From the NCBI GenBank assembly GCA_038496445.1, contig JALMLS010000226.1, forward strand, positions 1-37,373: a stretch of 37,373 nt of DNA, given 5' to 3'. Under the pieces are notes generated by a model. That model saw only the letters and a program-made list of their open reading frames with translations. It was not told where the DNA came from and ran no database searches. Position numbers and translations under genes: made by a program. The DNA comes from Trichosphaerium sp. ATCC 40318 (taxonomy: Eukaryota > Protista > Tubulinea). Positions 12,145-24,571 of the stretch are shown here, piece by piece (within the stretch, counting starts at the first letter, position 1; every line of letters begins with the position of its first letter).

Positions 12145-12614
12145 AACTTAATCATAATAAAGTAATCCTTTTTTCCTTCTCTTCACGTACTTTTCCTATT
12201 TTTAGTTCATTAAAATTTGTGGATGCACAATCCTATTTTCCTATATATATGAACTTTTTATAAAGCAAAAAATATGCGCAAAATTATTTAGTATATAAGA
12301 TATATACTAAAACATATTATAATTTTCTATAATAAACTTTTATATAAATTAAATCATACTAAAAAGATATAAAAAATGACCTAAAAATAAATTTATCTAC
12401 GTAATTTCTTATATGTTTAAAAACACGCACTCTAAAACTAAACCTTTTAAATAAAATTTAAAATAAAAACTTTATAAGATCATAAAAACGAAAGAAAAAG
12501 ACGCTAATAAAATTTAAAAAAACTAAATAATCAAAGAAGAGTAGCGTAGAGATTTTCTATCTATTTTCACTATACAAATTTTTTTAACTTCAACTATCTA
12601 TGACTACAAAACCA
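12145..12614 (-). CDS. rpl6: Probable ribosomal protein L6 (cryptogene)
   Basis: Weak motifs plus rpl6-rps13 synteny. Confidence 0.45.
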
Positions 12615-12839
12615 TTTAAAAAAACCTCTTATACTTTCTAGATAAATATAACATTAAATTAATATTAGCACCAAATAATGAGTAGATACACCATCAATCC
12701 TTTTCTTACATAATTCAAAGGTATACTTGCACACTCAAAATTCCTGTATTTGGATTTAACACGAAAAAATAAAAACAGTTAAAGACTAATACACCATTTA
12801 AACTTCTAACTTTATCCTCACCAAAATTATAATTATCTT

Positions 12840-14346
12840 TAAAAATAAGATCTCTCTTTTGTTAAAAAGTAATCTTCAACTAAATCTCATAGGCATCTTC
12901 ATAAGAGTATACAATATAAAATATAAAAACTCTCCTATAGACATAAAATATAACATAAAATAAATAAAAATAAACACAGATAGTAAATAACGCCCAACAG
13001 AACATCAAAAATTTAAAGCAACATAAGCATCTGGATAATCACTATCCTTCTGGGCATACCCGCCATCCTAACAAATGCATTGGCAAAAAAGTCATATTTA
13101 CTCCTATAAAATTTCCCAAAATTGTAATCTTCCTATAAAATCGGATATTTTTTTCCAAACATTAAAGAACTTCAATGATAAAACCCGCAAAAATTCCAAA
13201 CACAGAACTAAAGATAAAACATAATGAAAATGAGCAACACATAATATGTATCATGCAATGCTATATCTAAAACACGTTTGCTAAAATAATACCAGTTACA
13301 CTCCAAAACTAAACATTAGTACAAATCTGCAGCATAAAATAGCGGAACTCTTCATTCTACTATACAAACATTATTGTTGATAACAACCAAAAACTTTAAC
13401 CCTGAAGGCATTGCTATTATCATAGTTACTGTCATAAAATATACCTCGTATCATCATCTAAACCCGCTGTAAACATATGATGACTCATACAATAGATCCT
13501 AAAACTGCTATACATACCATGCATAAACCATAGAATCATGACATAAACCTCTTTATAAGTTCAACAGAAATTACTACACTAGTTATACAAAAGCTGGTAA
13601 TATTAATATATAAACTTCTGATGTCCAAAAAATCAAAAAATATGTGATATAAAACAGGATCTCCACCTCCTGTGGATCAAAAAATGTTGTATTAAAATAC
13701 GATCTGTTATTAACATAACTAAAGCTCCTCTAAAACAGGTAATGTCAATAATAATAATACCGCTGTTATATAAATGATACTGCAAACAACCAATTCTATA
13801 AGTATCCATAATCGCATATTCATTATAGTTACCATAAAATTTATTGCACCGATATTGATGAAATTCCGGCTATATGCAACTCAAAATACAAGCATCTATG
13901 ACATTCCAGGACTAGCCTTAATACAGAAAGTAATGGATATAAAGTTCATCCTGCTCTGCACCATCTCCTATAACAAAGATCACATTAATAATAATAAAGA
14001 AGGCGCAATAATCAGAAACCTAAATTATTTACTCTTGGGAATGCATCTCCGGGGCCCCTAAACTTAATGAACTATAAAATTACCTAAACCCCTATTAATA
14101 AAGGCATAACGAAAAAAAAAATCATTAATAGACATGCGCTGTTACGATTACATTATAAACTTGTTATCTTGAACCAAAATTAACGGACAGGCATTCCTAA
14201 TTCTATACGTATTATCATGATAATATAGTTCCCATACTCCTCCAAAAAAACTTGCTCATATATATAGCATCCTATATCTTTATGATTTGTTGAACATGAC
14301 CACTCTTAATGTAACATAAATATTGATAAAAACTTAATAAATACAT
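12840..14346 (-). CDS. cox1: Cytochrome c oxidase subunit 1 (cryptogene)
   Basis: Canonical cox1 motifs in shifting frames; ATG at 14346; 3' end approximate. Confidence 0.97.
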
Positions 14347-14409
14347 TATTTTTAATTTATAATATACTTTTTATTTATTAAAAATCTTTTTTTTCTCTAC
14401 TTTTATTAA

Positions 14410-16945
14410 AAACTTAATTAATGGAATCTAGTCAAAAAACTACCTTATATATATTTTTTTTACAGTTGTAAAAAAAATATATATAACATTATTTTACAAT
14501 ATTTTTTTTACTACCATATTTAATCCTGATATTGAATCATAAATATAAATTAAAATTAGCAGATTCTACTTATATGTTATCAGCAGTTCCTTTTTCGCAC
14601 GTAGCTTTAACGCCAACCGGAACGTAAAACCGATAACGCTACCACAAGCGGTGCACCCTATTACCATAACGCCTCTCTCGTACTGCATTGGGCTCTAATT
14701 TTAATTTTTATCACAGCAGATAGGGGCAAACTGTCTCACGACGTTCTAAACCAGCTCACGTACCTCTTTAAACGACGAACAGTCGTACCCTTGGGAGCCT
14801 ACTCCCCCAGGATGAGATGAGCCGACATCGAGGTGCCAAACCGCTCGCAGATAAGAACTCTCAAAGGCAATAAGCTGTTATCCCTGGCGTACTTTTATCC
14901 GTTTGCGGATGCCCTACCTGTAAGCGCATCCGGAAAACTATGACGACTTTAAATCCCTGTTAACCCTTTCAAGCTTACAGTCAGCTAAAATAAAAACCAT
15001 ATGCACTACGGAACTTTAACGTCCTGAATTAGCCTTTGTACACTCCGTTACCTTTTAGGGAGCTTCGCCCCAGACAAACTATCCACCATGCATTTTTAAT
15101 TTCTACTAAGATTAGATTTTTCCAACAAAAAATCAATATCCACTGACGGCTCCTTAAATGACCTAAACCATTAAATCATACCTCTTGATTATACTGTGTT
15201 TTTGCTTTCCTTAACCCATACAAGGTTTTAGTAAAGTGCACAGGGTCTTCCGTCCCGCTGCAATTTTTTCGCATCTTCACGAAAACTTCAATTCACTAAA
15301 ATAACACTTGAGACAGTAGAAGAGTCGTTACGCTTCATGCAGGACTACAATTAATAGCTAGGAATTTCGCTACCTTAAGACGTCAAGGATTACGGCCGCG
15401 TTTACTGCTGCTTATATTCATTGCTTTTAAACAAATCCTTTTCACGATACAGCACGGGCAGGCATCGAACCTATACTTCATATACTATTTAGCAGGGTCC
15501 TGTGTTTTAGTAAACAGTCGCTCTTCTCTGTTCCGCTTCCCCCAAAATACTTCTTAAAAATAAATTATTTTCACTTTTAATTTATTTTAAAAAACAATAT
15601 TTTAGGTACCTATCTCCCGAAGTTACTGAGTTATTTTGCGAGTTCCTTAAGCATTATTCTTCTATTACTTATTGTTCTACAACTAATTACCTGTGTCGGT
15701 TATTGGTACGTTTTTTTTTTTTATTTTTTTCTTGTAAGTTACAAAAAAATTGATATTTTACGATTACAATAACTATTTTTTGTAATTAAATTTCTATAAA
15801 ATTGCTCTGAATATAACTAATATAACCTTAGTCGGAATCTTACAAACACATTCCCTTAAGGACCGCTAACCCTTATCTGTTTAACATAGATAAGGAAACC
15901 TTAATCTTTCGTAATAATGTTTTTACATATAAAGCTACTCATGCAACATTTATACTATTGATATTTTAACCAAACTCACGTACAGTTTTTTACATACAAT
16001 ACATCTGCTACCAAATTAATTCTATAGCTTCGCAAATAATTTAGAGCCCCTTACATCATGACGCTTAAAAAACAATACGTGAGCTTTTACGCATCTTTAA
16101 AGAATGGCTGCTTCTAGCCCATCTCCGCTTTTATTACGTCTTTCCAGTTGATTATTATTTAAGGGCTTAGCTTATAGTCTGGGCTTTTTCCCTCTCGACT
16201 AGAATCTTCGCACCTAAGTCTTTCTATACTTTTTTATTTTTATAACATCTTGGTTTCACTATACCCGTAAATAACTTAGTTACTCCGGAATAATATTAGT
16301 GCCATACTCTACAAAATCAAAATACGCTTGCTTAAACAAGTTTCGCAGAAAACCAGCTATCACCAAGTTTGATTAGCTTTCACTCCTAACCAACACTCAT
16401 CGAGCCTCTTGCAACAGACACCGGTTCAGCCAAAAACTTGGTGTTGTTAGATCACTTGGTTTCGGTCATATTTTTTAGACTTTACAGATTTACTCTTTGC
16501 TTTCACTACGCCTCCCTTAAAGTTAAGCTTGCTCAAAAATATACTCATTGGCCCATTATACAAAAGTACGCTGTCATATCTTTTTTATACTCCAACCGTT
16601 AAAGTATTAAGTTCATTTCTTTTCAACTATCCCTACGATATCTTTTTCAACTTCCTTCACAGTACTTTTACACTATCGGTTATCAAAAAATTCTTACTTT
16701 AGCAGCAGGCACTGCCTATTCGATTTTCTCTACTTAAAAGAACTCAACGCATTTGTCACCACTACTAACGTTTCTACACGATGTTTTTTTTATAGGTACT
16801 GAGATGTTTCACTTCCCTATTTTTATTTTTCTATTTTAAAAATTTAAAAAGATACCTAAAAATCATAGCATTGTACTACTCAATTAAAGTTTTCGCTTTA
16901 TTAAAGCGTCTTTTTTCTTGATACCTAGTAATCCCCTTAATACTT
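14410..16945 (-). rRNA. rnl: Mitochondrial LSU rRNA
   Basis: Universal LSU motifs of domains I-VI; ends approximate. Confidence 0.97.
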
Positions 16946-17173
16946 AATATATAATAAAAGTAAAAACTCTAATAGAAAACTTTTACTTTTTTTTACTCTT
17001 TAAATTAATAAAAAAATTTAAAGATTTAAATAAAAAAAAAAAATAAAATCCCCTATACTAACAGATGTTTTTTATATAGAAAAAAAAAAAAAAAAAAAAC
17101 AGAACTACAAAGAATATATGCGATATTCTACTAATATAAAAAATAAACTATCCTTTTAATGATGTCTTTTTTA

Positions 17174-17407
17174 CTATGTATACATAATTAAAAAAGACAT
17201 CATTAAAACTAATAAACCCATCGCCTCAGATAAAGCAAAACCTAAAAGTGCTGTTCTAAATAAATTAGCTTCTAATTCAGGATTTCTAGATACTGCTATT
17301 AATAAACCTCCAAAAACTATACCTATACCTATACTTGCTCCTCCTACACCGACAGTACATACTCCTGCTGCTAATACTTTTGCTGCTAATACTATTTGTC
17401 ATTCCAT
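17174..17407 (-). CDS. atp9: ATP synthase subunit 9, intact 77 aa
   Basis: 234-nt uninterrupted frame with TGA=W: MEWQIVLAAKVLAAGVCTVGVGGASIGIGIVFGGLLIAVSRNPELEANLFRTALLGFALSEAMGLLVLMMSFLIMYT*. Confidence 0.97.
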
Positions 17408-17491
17408 TTTTTTTTTTTTTTTACTTTTTTTTTTTTTTTATTACTCTTTTTTCTAAACTATATAAATTTCAATAATAATTTTTTTAAATTC

Positions 17492-18726
17492 TTATCTATC
17501 AATTTCTCCAAAAACTAAATCTAAAGATCCTACTACGGCAACCATATCTGCTAACATACCATGCTAGATAAAGAATCTAATGCCTGAAGGTGTAAAAACC
17601 TGGTGATTTTATTCGACATCTCACCGGCTTGTAGATCCATTTGATTTTAAAAATACACCAATTCACCTTTAGGTGCTCTACTATACTATAAGTTTCTCCG
17701 TATTTACACTAGGACACCTGAAAAATATTTAAAGAAATGTATTATAGCTTCATACTTGTCTTCATTAAATGCTTTGCTGGTGGTAATACTTATAATTATT
17801 TACTTTAACACTTTGTAATTTAAATTTTACATATATATTAAACACTGCTTAATTATCTTACGCTTTCTTTCATTTCCAAAATACGCAACATAAAACGATC
17901 ATACAATCACCATAAACTCCACAGGTATTTTAAACTTAAGTAAGTTATACACTCGTAAGGTTGCATGATTCTTAAATCTCAACAAAAACCAACGGACTTA
18001 AAATAACTCCAGAAAACCATAATCAACTGCCATCCTAAAAGGTGCTATAGCTATATTTACTAAACGCTGCTAAATATTCTATTATCTCTTATTAAATCTT
18101 CTAATCAAAAATTCTATATATAAATGATTCAAAAAAGATCCTATATCAGATATTAGTGTTGGTGTATATCGTTCACTAAACGCCAGGTCTAAAATATGCT
18201 GCATGAAACCTCGCACTGATACTCTTTCATAAAATTCCAACACCTTTTCCCTTCTTCAAACGCTCAGAGAAAAGGTGTTAATGCACAAGATCTAACGCAT
18301 GTGTTGTTAGAGCAATAAATGATTTAAAATACGTGTTAATCCATAAAAATAACGCGTATACTTTTGCACGTAACGGATACTCACTCCTAATAAATTTCAA
18401 CTGCTTTAACATAAACTTGTTCTTGACCATCATAGATACATATCTAACCTATCAAAATAAGGCAAACTTTGCAAGTAGGTTTATACTCTATTAACTTTTC
18501 AGTACCTCTATGCAATAACCTATATGAGTATCTATTTCAATAACAGTTTCCCATATAATTTTACTACTAGTCTTAATACACCATGAGCTGCTGATGCTGC
18601 GGACCAAAATTTAGTGTTAAAATAGCTACTTTAAAAAAAACACTTGCAAAAACTTGTTTTTTAACGACCCCACATTACTTTAATTTTTCTTGAGTTACGT
18701 AAATAACGTCAAATAAACGTATTCAT
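17492..18726 (-). CDS. nad7: NADH dehydrogenase subunit 7 (cryptogene)
   Basis: LTLNFGPQH(P)AAHGVLRLV, LHRGTEKL, LPYFDRLDYVSM, DLVFGEIDR*. Start approximate. Confidence 0.95.
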
Positions 18727-18749
18727 TTCAAAACAGTTATTTTTAGCTA

Positions 18750-19146
18750 CACTATAACATTTAAACTAATTTTTAATAACACTCTCCACCTATTCTTTTA
18801 TATTTTTTATAGGTAAAAATCATTACTACTTATTCACCATTTGATATAGATATTATAAATAAACAAAATATACTCTTTTTTTGAAAAAAAAACGTTCAAA
18901 TGAATAAAAGACATAAACTCTCGCTTCCTGGCGTACTAACTAGCGCATTGTTTTTATTATCGGTGTTACTCCAATGTACTTAAAAAAACCTTTATCTGAT
19001 GTTATGTAAAACATATAACATAATGCAACTTCTATTTTAAATAGATGTAGTAATTTAAAACTTTTTTATTAAAGATAAATATACATACTATGCCTATAAA
19101 GTAAACTACACGTATATTAGATACAGCAAAAGCCAAAGATAAAACA
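18750..19146 (-). CDS. rps8: Ribosomal protein S8 (cryptogene)
   Basis: LAFAVSNIR, LKYIG..PIIK, LVSTPG..RVY, IGGE; follows rps14. Confidence 0.8.
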
Positions 19147-19530
19147 CTATCAACTTGATTAGATATTCCTGCAAATAACTAAACGATGCAAAATTTTTAA
19201 ATTCATGACGTGACATTTAGCAAATCTTACTACCGATCTGCTCGACCTGTTATATGACACCAATTTTAACTAAAGTAAAACCTCTAAGTTTCGCATATGA
19301 GCTATTATATTTAAAAATAAAGCCGCTTTAATCTATATTTTATTGTTTTTTGACTATTTAGAAATGTATATAATATTTTTTATTTCATTTATTTTTAATA
19401 ATTTCTTTTTAAATATTCTAAATGAAGCTTTAGCTTATATGACTATTATATTTATTTTTAGCTATAAACATTATTTTTTTTATTTTAAAAACTTTTCTAG
19501 ATTATGATCAAATAATTGCTTATTACTCAT
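19147..19530 (-). CDS. rps14: Ribosomal protein S14 (cryptogene)
   Basis: CHITGRA, MSRHEFK, C-terminal SSW*. Confidence 0.85.
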
Positions 19531-19534
19531 ATAT

Positions 19535-20070
19535 AACTTAAAAACAAATAGTATAAAAAAAAAATTCTTTTGAAAAAATTAATCAAAATAAAGAGGCGCT
19601 TCCCAACCAGAAAACCTAATAATTGTGTTCATCGAATAAATATTTAACATCGTAAACTTTAAGATTAAACGAAACCTTTTGTCAACTTTATTTTTTTTAT
19701 AGATCATTTATACTTCATCAATTTATTACTTTTTCCTTGAAAAAGAATGCATAAAGACTTCCGCTATAGGATCCTTTAAAAATATACTATTTTTGTTTGA
19801 TAAGACTATCTCCTGTATAACTATTTAATAAAAAACCAACCTATATAAAGCAGCTGGTTTATTGCTTCACCAAAATCAAAGTTAAACCGCCACCGACGAA
19901 TGTATATATCATGATTATAAAATTCATTAAAAAAAACTCTGTAAAGTGTTTAAAATATAATGTTGCAAAAAACATTGATCTTTTTTTTTATTTAAATTTC
20001 TTTAATTTGCTTATCTATAAGTAAACAGCAAACACAAAACTAAATCTCTTTACTTTAAATTATTTTTCAT
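19535..20070 (-). CDS. rpl5: Probable ribosomal protein L5 (cryptogene)
   Basis: Mainly synteny (between rpl14 and rps14) and size; ATG abuts the rpl14 stop; no strong motif seen. Confidence 0.5.
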
Positions 20071-20433
20071 TTATACACACCATTATTAACAGAACCTACG
20101 TAAACATAAACCATCCTATTTCTTGAGGCATTGACCTTCTAAACGACGTCCTATAGAGATCATTTTTTATTGACAAAACTATAGAATTTTCTTTAAATCT
20201 TAATCTTGTATGTGTAACTTACGCCTACACAACCTTTAGTACGCACAATAAACCACGCATTAATTTTCTTTAGGTATTAAAATTTGTTGTGTTATAACAC
20301 CTTTGTAACACAATTATTAATTTATCTCCTATTTGCCCATACTTTTTTTTCCCGCACCTACTATTCTTAAGCACGCGCTTCTATTGCGGTAGTATATCCA
20401 TAACACCTACATTACTACCATCTGTATTCCCAT
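20071..20433 (-). CDS. rpl14: Ribosomal protein L14 (cryptogene)
   Basis: MGIQ..GVMD..AIEA.CLRIVG..GQIGDKLII; LIVRTK; FKENSIVL; GRRLEG. Confidence 0.85.
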
Positions 20434-20439
20434 TTTTTT

Positions 20440-21045
20440 ATTTAATTAACTTAAAAAAATTAAATTTAATCTTCCTGAAATCCTTCTTTTATTTTACTAA
20501 AAACAATTAATGTTTTCATATTTTAGGTACATTATTTAATCCTGTTTCACACACTTGAAAAAATATGCTACACATCAAATTGGCGATTTTCAACGCTAAA
20601 TTTACCTTTACCTTTTCCATTCTTACTAATTTAGACCTTTTAGTAAATGTAAATAACATATTAAATGCGTCGTAATCTTCCTAAACGTCGCTTTCTATTC
20701 CTACGACGAATTCTTCTTACATATTTAAAAATTTATTATTATAAGGTGTTTTTCTTTTTTCTCAAAAAAGAAAAAAGAAAAACGTCGTTTTCTCGACTTG
20801 ATAAACGACGTTTATTTTTTAATTTTTAAATTTTTGCTTTATTATAAATGTATTTTATTTAATTAGATGGACTTATCAACCTAAAGTTAAACTTTTAATA
20901 GCAACACTTGCGATCCTACATTCAATGTCACTTTTCTACCTTTGCTTTATATTTTATTTTATATTTAAATCTTTTCTAAATGCATATATTTTTCTTGGAT
21001 GTATACCATATTTGCACTTAAACACACTGGTTGTAAACAACCATC
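20440..21045 (-). CDS. rpl16: Ribosomal protein L16 with a basic insertion (cryptogene)
   Basis: HPRK..FRK, AIKSLTLG, FTKRSKLVRM(G)KGKGK. Confidence 0.85.
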
Positions 21046-21049
21046 CTAT

Positions 21050-21950
21050 AAGGTTTATTCATCAAATTTTAACACCCATTATACTAAATTTTAAAGGCAA
21101 ATAATTAAACCATAATCTATATAGCCTGTAACAGTACTTAATGTAATTTACCTTCAAAAAACATAAATTCACTTTTTTTTGACGTCTTTTAAAACGACCT
21201 TTAAATTAAATTTAAAACCTTCTATAATCCTCAATTAAACATTAACCTAAAACATTCCCTTTCATAGTACTCAACATTTCTTATAACTATATTTTTGATC
21301 AAAACGCTTTACCATAAACACGACATAAATCTTGCACTTACGCTTTGTTATCCAAAAAATCAACTTTAAACTTACTTTTTTGGATAACAAAGCACGAGAA
21401 AAAAACTACAAAATTTAACCATAAAAAAATTTCACCAATAAAATCATATCCCCATACACTCGCCTTGCTTCTATACTTCACATCATTAATTGTAAACTCT
21501 ATAAATAGTAACTAGCTTCGCCTTTTCCCTAATGCTTTTTTACTGCTGCTTTAATTAAATTCTTATAAAAATACGTAATTTAAAGTACCTGATCATTTTA
21601 CTTCTTTTAAAAATAACGTCAGCAAAAAGATCTTAAATAACGCATACAAGCTTTATATCTCATAAAAATCGTACACGATTTTTAACCGCCGAAGACATCA
21701 TGTCATATAAGACCATGATAACAATAACAACACCTATTAATTTATTATCACTTGATTATAAACAATATTTATATTATCTATAATCAACCTCTACCACGCT
21801 GCCAATCTCACTTAATATTGTTTTTACAAAGTTTCGAGCCGCAAACAACTATAAAACAAATTGCATAATGTATATCTTAACGTAATAAACATCATCTCAA
21901 GTAATCAAAAATTGGATCTAAAACACAGAGGATTACTAAACGACCTCTTC
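21050..21950 (-). CDS. rps3: Ribosomal protein S3 (cryptogene)
   Basis: N-terminal GRLV(N)PLCFR; C-terminal FKGRF, YIDYG, MGVKIW. Confidence 0.85.
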
Positions 21951-22228
21951 TTTTTACTTTCCCTTACTGGATTTTTTATCTTCTTTTTATGTATTCTAGA
22001 ACCTCACTTTTTGTAAAGAAGAAATCACGATATTTAAACCATACATATTTGGTTTAACAAATATATAATAAACTTTTGTCCTGTATAACACTATAATAAT
22101 TACCAATAAGCACTTAAAAATAATAATATTTCTATAAAAACATAATTAAATTTTTCGCTTTATGTATACTTTTTTTTAAAATCTTAAGATCTTTAACTTA
22201 AAAAACGGAATTTTTTTGGGGATCTCAT
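21951..22228 (-). CDS. rps19: Ribosomal protein S19 (cryptogene)
   Basis: MRSPKK.PF, YTGQKF, FVKPNMYG, DFFFTK. Confidence 0.8.
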
Positions 22229-22261
22229 TATTTTTTTTTTTCTTCTTTATTTCTTCTTTCT

Positions 22262-22846
22262 TAAAAGTTAAAACATCCCTCTACGTTCTATATACTTCAG
22301 GCAAATTCATTATTATTATAATATTAGGTTTATTATTAAAAACTAATGAAATGGTACAATAATACCTATTAATAAAATTAAACCACCTATTAAACATAAA
22401 AAGTAAAAAAACTAAATAAATTTTCACTAGTTGCAAAGATTTATTTAAGTTTCAGTAGATACTTCTTGAGCTGCAACCCTACAACTTGTTGAAGCTCTTC
22501 TTCTATAAAACGTATACAGAAATTAATCCTTATAATTTATAAAAGCAACACAAATTAATAATAATATATAAATAAAATTAAACAAACAAAAGTTTACTAT
22601 ATATTTCACCATATATACGAGTAACTTATCATAAATTGTTATTATAGCAAAAATAAAAAGATACAAATAGCGCCTATATATACGACCCTAACACAAGTCC
22701 AAAAAAACTAAATCATTAACTAATAACCATATAACTACACTACATAAAATAAAATTAAATTAATTAACCTTAACACGCTGTACTTATAAACATCATACTA
22801 CAAATGGTATAAAAAAAACTATAAACCAAATAAAATTATCTAACAT
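22262..22846 (-). CDS. nad6: NADH dehydrogenase subunit 6 (cryptogene)
   Basis: VVYIGAI motif, hydrophobic, about 190 codons. Confidence 0.85.
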
Positions 22847-22875
22847 ATTAATTCTTTTTATACTTTTTTTTATAT

Positions 22876-23217
22876 TTACCATCTATTGCAGACATTAATC
22901 ATTCATATCATAACCTAAGAATAAAAGTAAGATAAATTCAAGTAAACTATATAACCTCAAAAGTCATAACTTAAAATCCTAATACACTAGGTAACAACAA
23001 TACTATTTCTAAATCATGATTAAAAATAATAATGCTACCACAAAAAATCTAATTTCAAATTTACCCGTGGTTTTTTATTCATTAAAAACCGCATTCATAC
23101 GGAGATAATTTTGCTTTACTATAACTCTATAAACCAATATATATGAACATCCATATAGTAATATAACTCAAAAAAAAGCACTCCTAACACAAATAAACTT
23201 ATATAAAATGAATACAT
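22876..23217 (-). CDS. nad3: NADH dehydrogenase subunit 3 (cryptogene)
   Basis: KLSPYECGF, FFVVALLFLI.DLEIVLLLP, YEW..AID(W)*. Confidence 0.93.
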
Positions 23218-23276
23218 TTTATTTATTATTGCATCTTTTATATTTAAAATTACTAGAAAACAAAAAATATAAAATT

Positions 23277-23393
23277 TAAAGAACTTAATTTATTTTTAAT
23301 TTCGCTTCTTCCCTTGAAACTATAAAAAATTATAAACAAATAACTATCCTTTTTAGATATTCATTTATAATACAAGTAACATTCTCTTTTTTT
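23277..23393. repeat. 117-bp intergenic direct repeat, copy 1 (upstream of nad3)
   Basis: Matches 30351-30467 with 3 substitutions. Confidence 0.92.
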
Positions 23394-23399
23394 TTCACA

Positions 23400-23712
23400 T
23401 TTTTTTTACTTTTCTGGAATAAATCTTTTAAAACAAAAGATAAATGTCAATTATTTATACACTTGATTTACTTAAGCTATCAAAGAAAAAAATTAAATGC
23501 TCAGATTTACTAAACTTCACGTCTCTTTATTTATATAAAAATTTACACATAATCTTGTATAGGCCTCTTATACCACATGCCCTGAATTTCAAAATATACC
23601 TAATACACGCCCCGTATCGTTCAATCTCATTGATTTTACCTATAAAAAACTTCTTTTTTCAAATCATTTTAAATCTCTTTTTGACGTAAAAATTTAAACG
23701 ATAATTTGCATT
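23400..23712 (-). CDS. Possible ribosomal protein S10 (cryptogene)
   Basis: GIFWNSGHV resembles S10 TVLRSPHV; size fits; weak. Confidence 0.35.
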
Positions 23713-23719
23713 ATTTTTA

Positions 23720-24361
23720 TATTTATATCTCGATTAAATTTAAAAACTCCTCTCATATAAAATTATAAAAAACAAATTTTAACGTCGGTTCTTATGATTT
23801 CTTTCCTAAATAAAGTACTAAATGAAAACAATTTATAACGCAATAATACTCAACTATACCAGCATTTAAAGATAAAGATAGCCTATTTTAAATTTAAATA
23901 AGCTCATAAATTACTTATATATATTTTCTTTTTTAAATATAATTTAGAAATATATACAATTTATTACCTTCCTTATAATAAAAACACCAAATTAATTTAA
24001 ATTTATTATTTATTAGTTTTGTTTCTTATATTTTTGAAGATCTATACATGAAAAACAAACCCACTTCAACCTAATACATATAACTATATAGATCTTCAAA
24101 AATATAAGAAACAAAACTAACAATAAAACAAATCAATTTATACTTTATTTATATATAAATAGTACGTATTCACATAAAAATCGTGTCTTATGTCGTTATA
24201 AAAAAAATCACCATATTAATTCATTTTACATTTTTTCAGTCTATATATTTATATCATAAACACTAACCTTAAGTTTCTTCAAAAAGAATTAAAAAATAAA
24301 TACAACCCTTTCCTAAATTAAAATCACCTTTATATATTTTTTTAAATTGAACTAGTTTCAT
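23720..24361 (-). CDS. Possible ribosomal protein S2 (cryptogene)
   Basis: MKLVQFKKIYKGDFNLGKG start, VYDINID and a C-terminal segment loosely like S2; weak. Confidence 0.3.
24013..24120. repeat. Inverted repeat with about 34-bp arms
   Basis: ttagttttgtttcttatatttttgaagatctata ... tatagatcttcaaaaatataagaaacaaaactaa. Confidence 0.9.
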
Positions 24362-24367
24362 TTTTAA

Positions 24368-24571
24368 AGACAATTGCTCGGCTTAATCAGCTTTTGCTAT
24401 AAATAGAAATAGATTATTTACTAGCTTTTTATTCATAATCTATTTCTATTTATAGCAAAAGCTGATTAAGCCGAGCAATTGTCTTCATGATTTTAAAACC
24501 TGGTTTTTTACATGTAAAAAACCAGGTTTTAAAATCATGAAGACAATTGCTCGGCTTAATCAGCTTTTGCT
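24368..24571. repeat. Nested palindromes / inverted triplication
   Basis: aagacaattgctcggcttaatcagcttttgct occurs in +,-,+ orientation. Confidence 0.92.
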
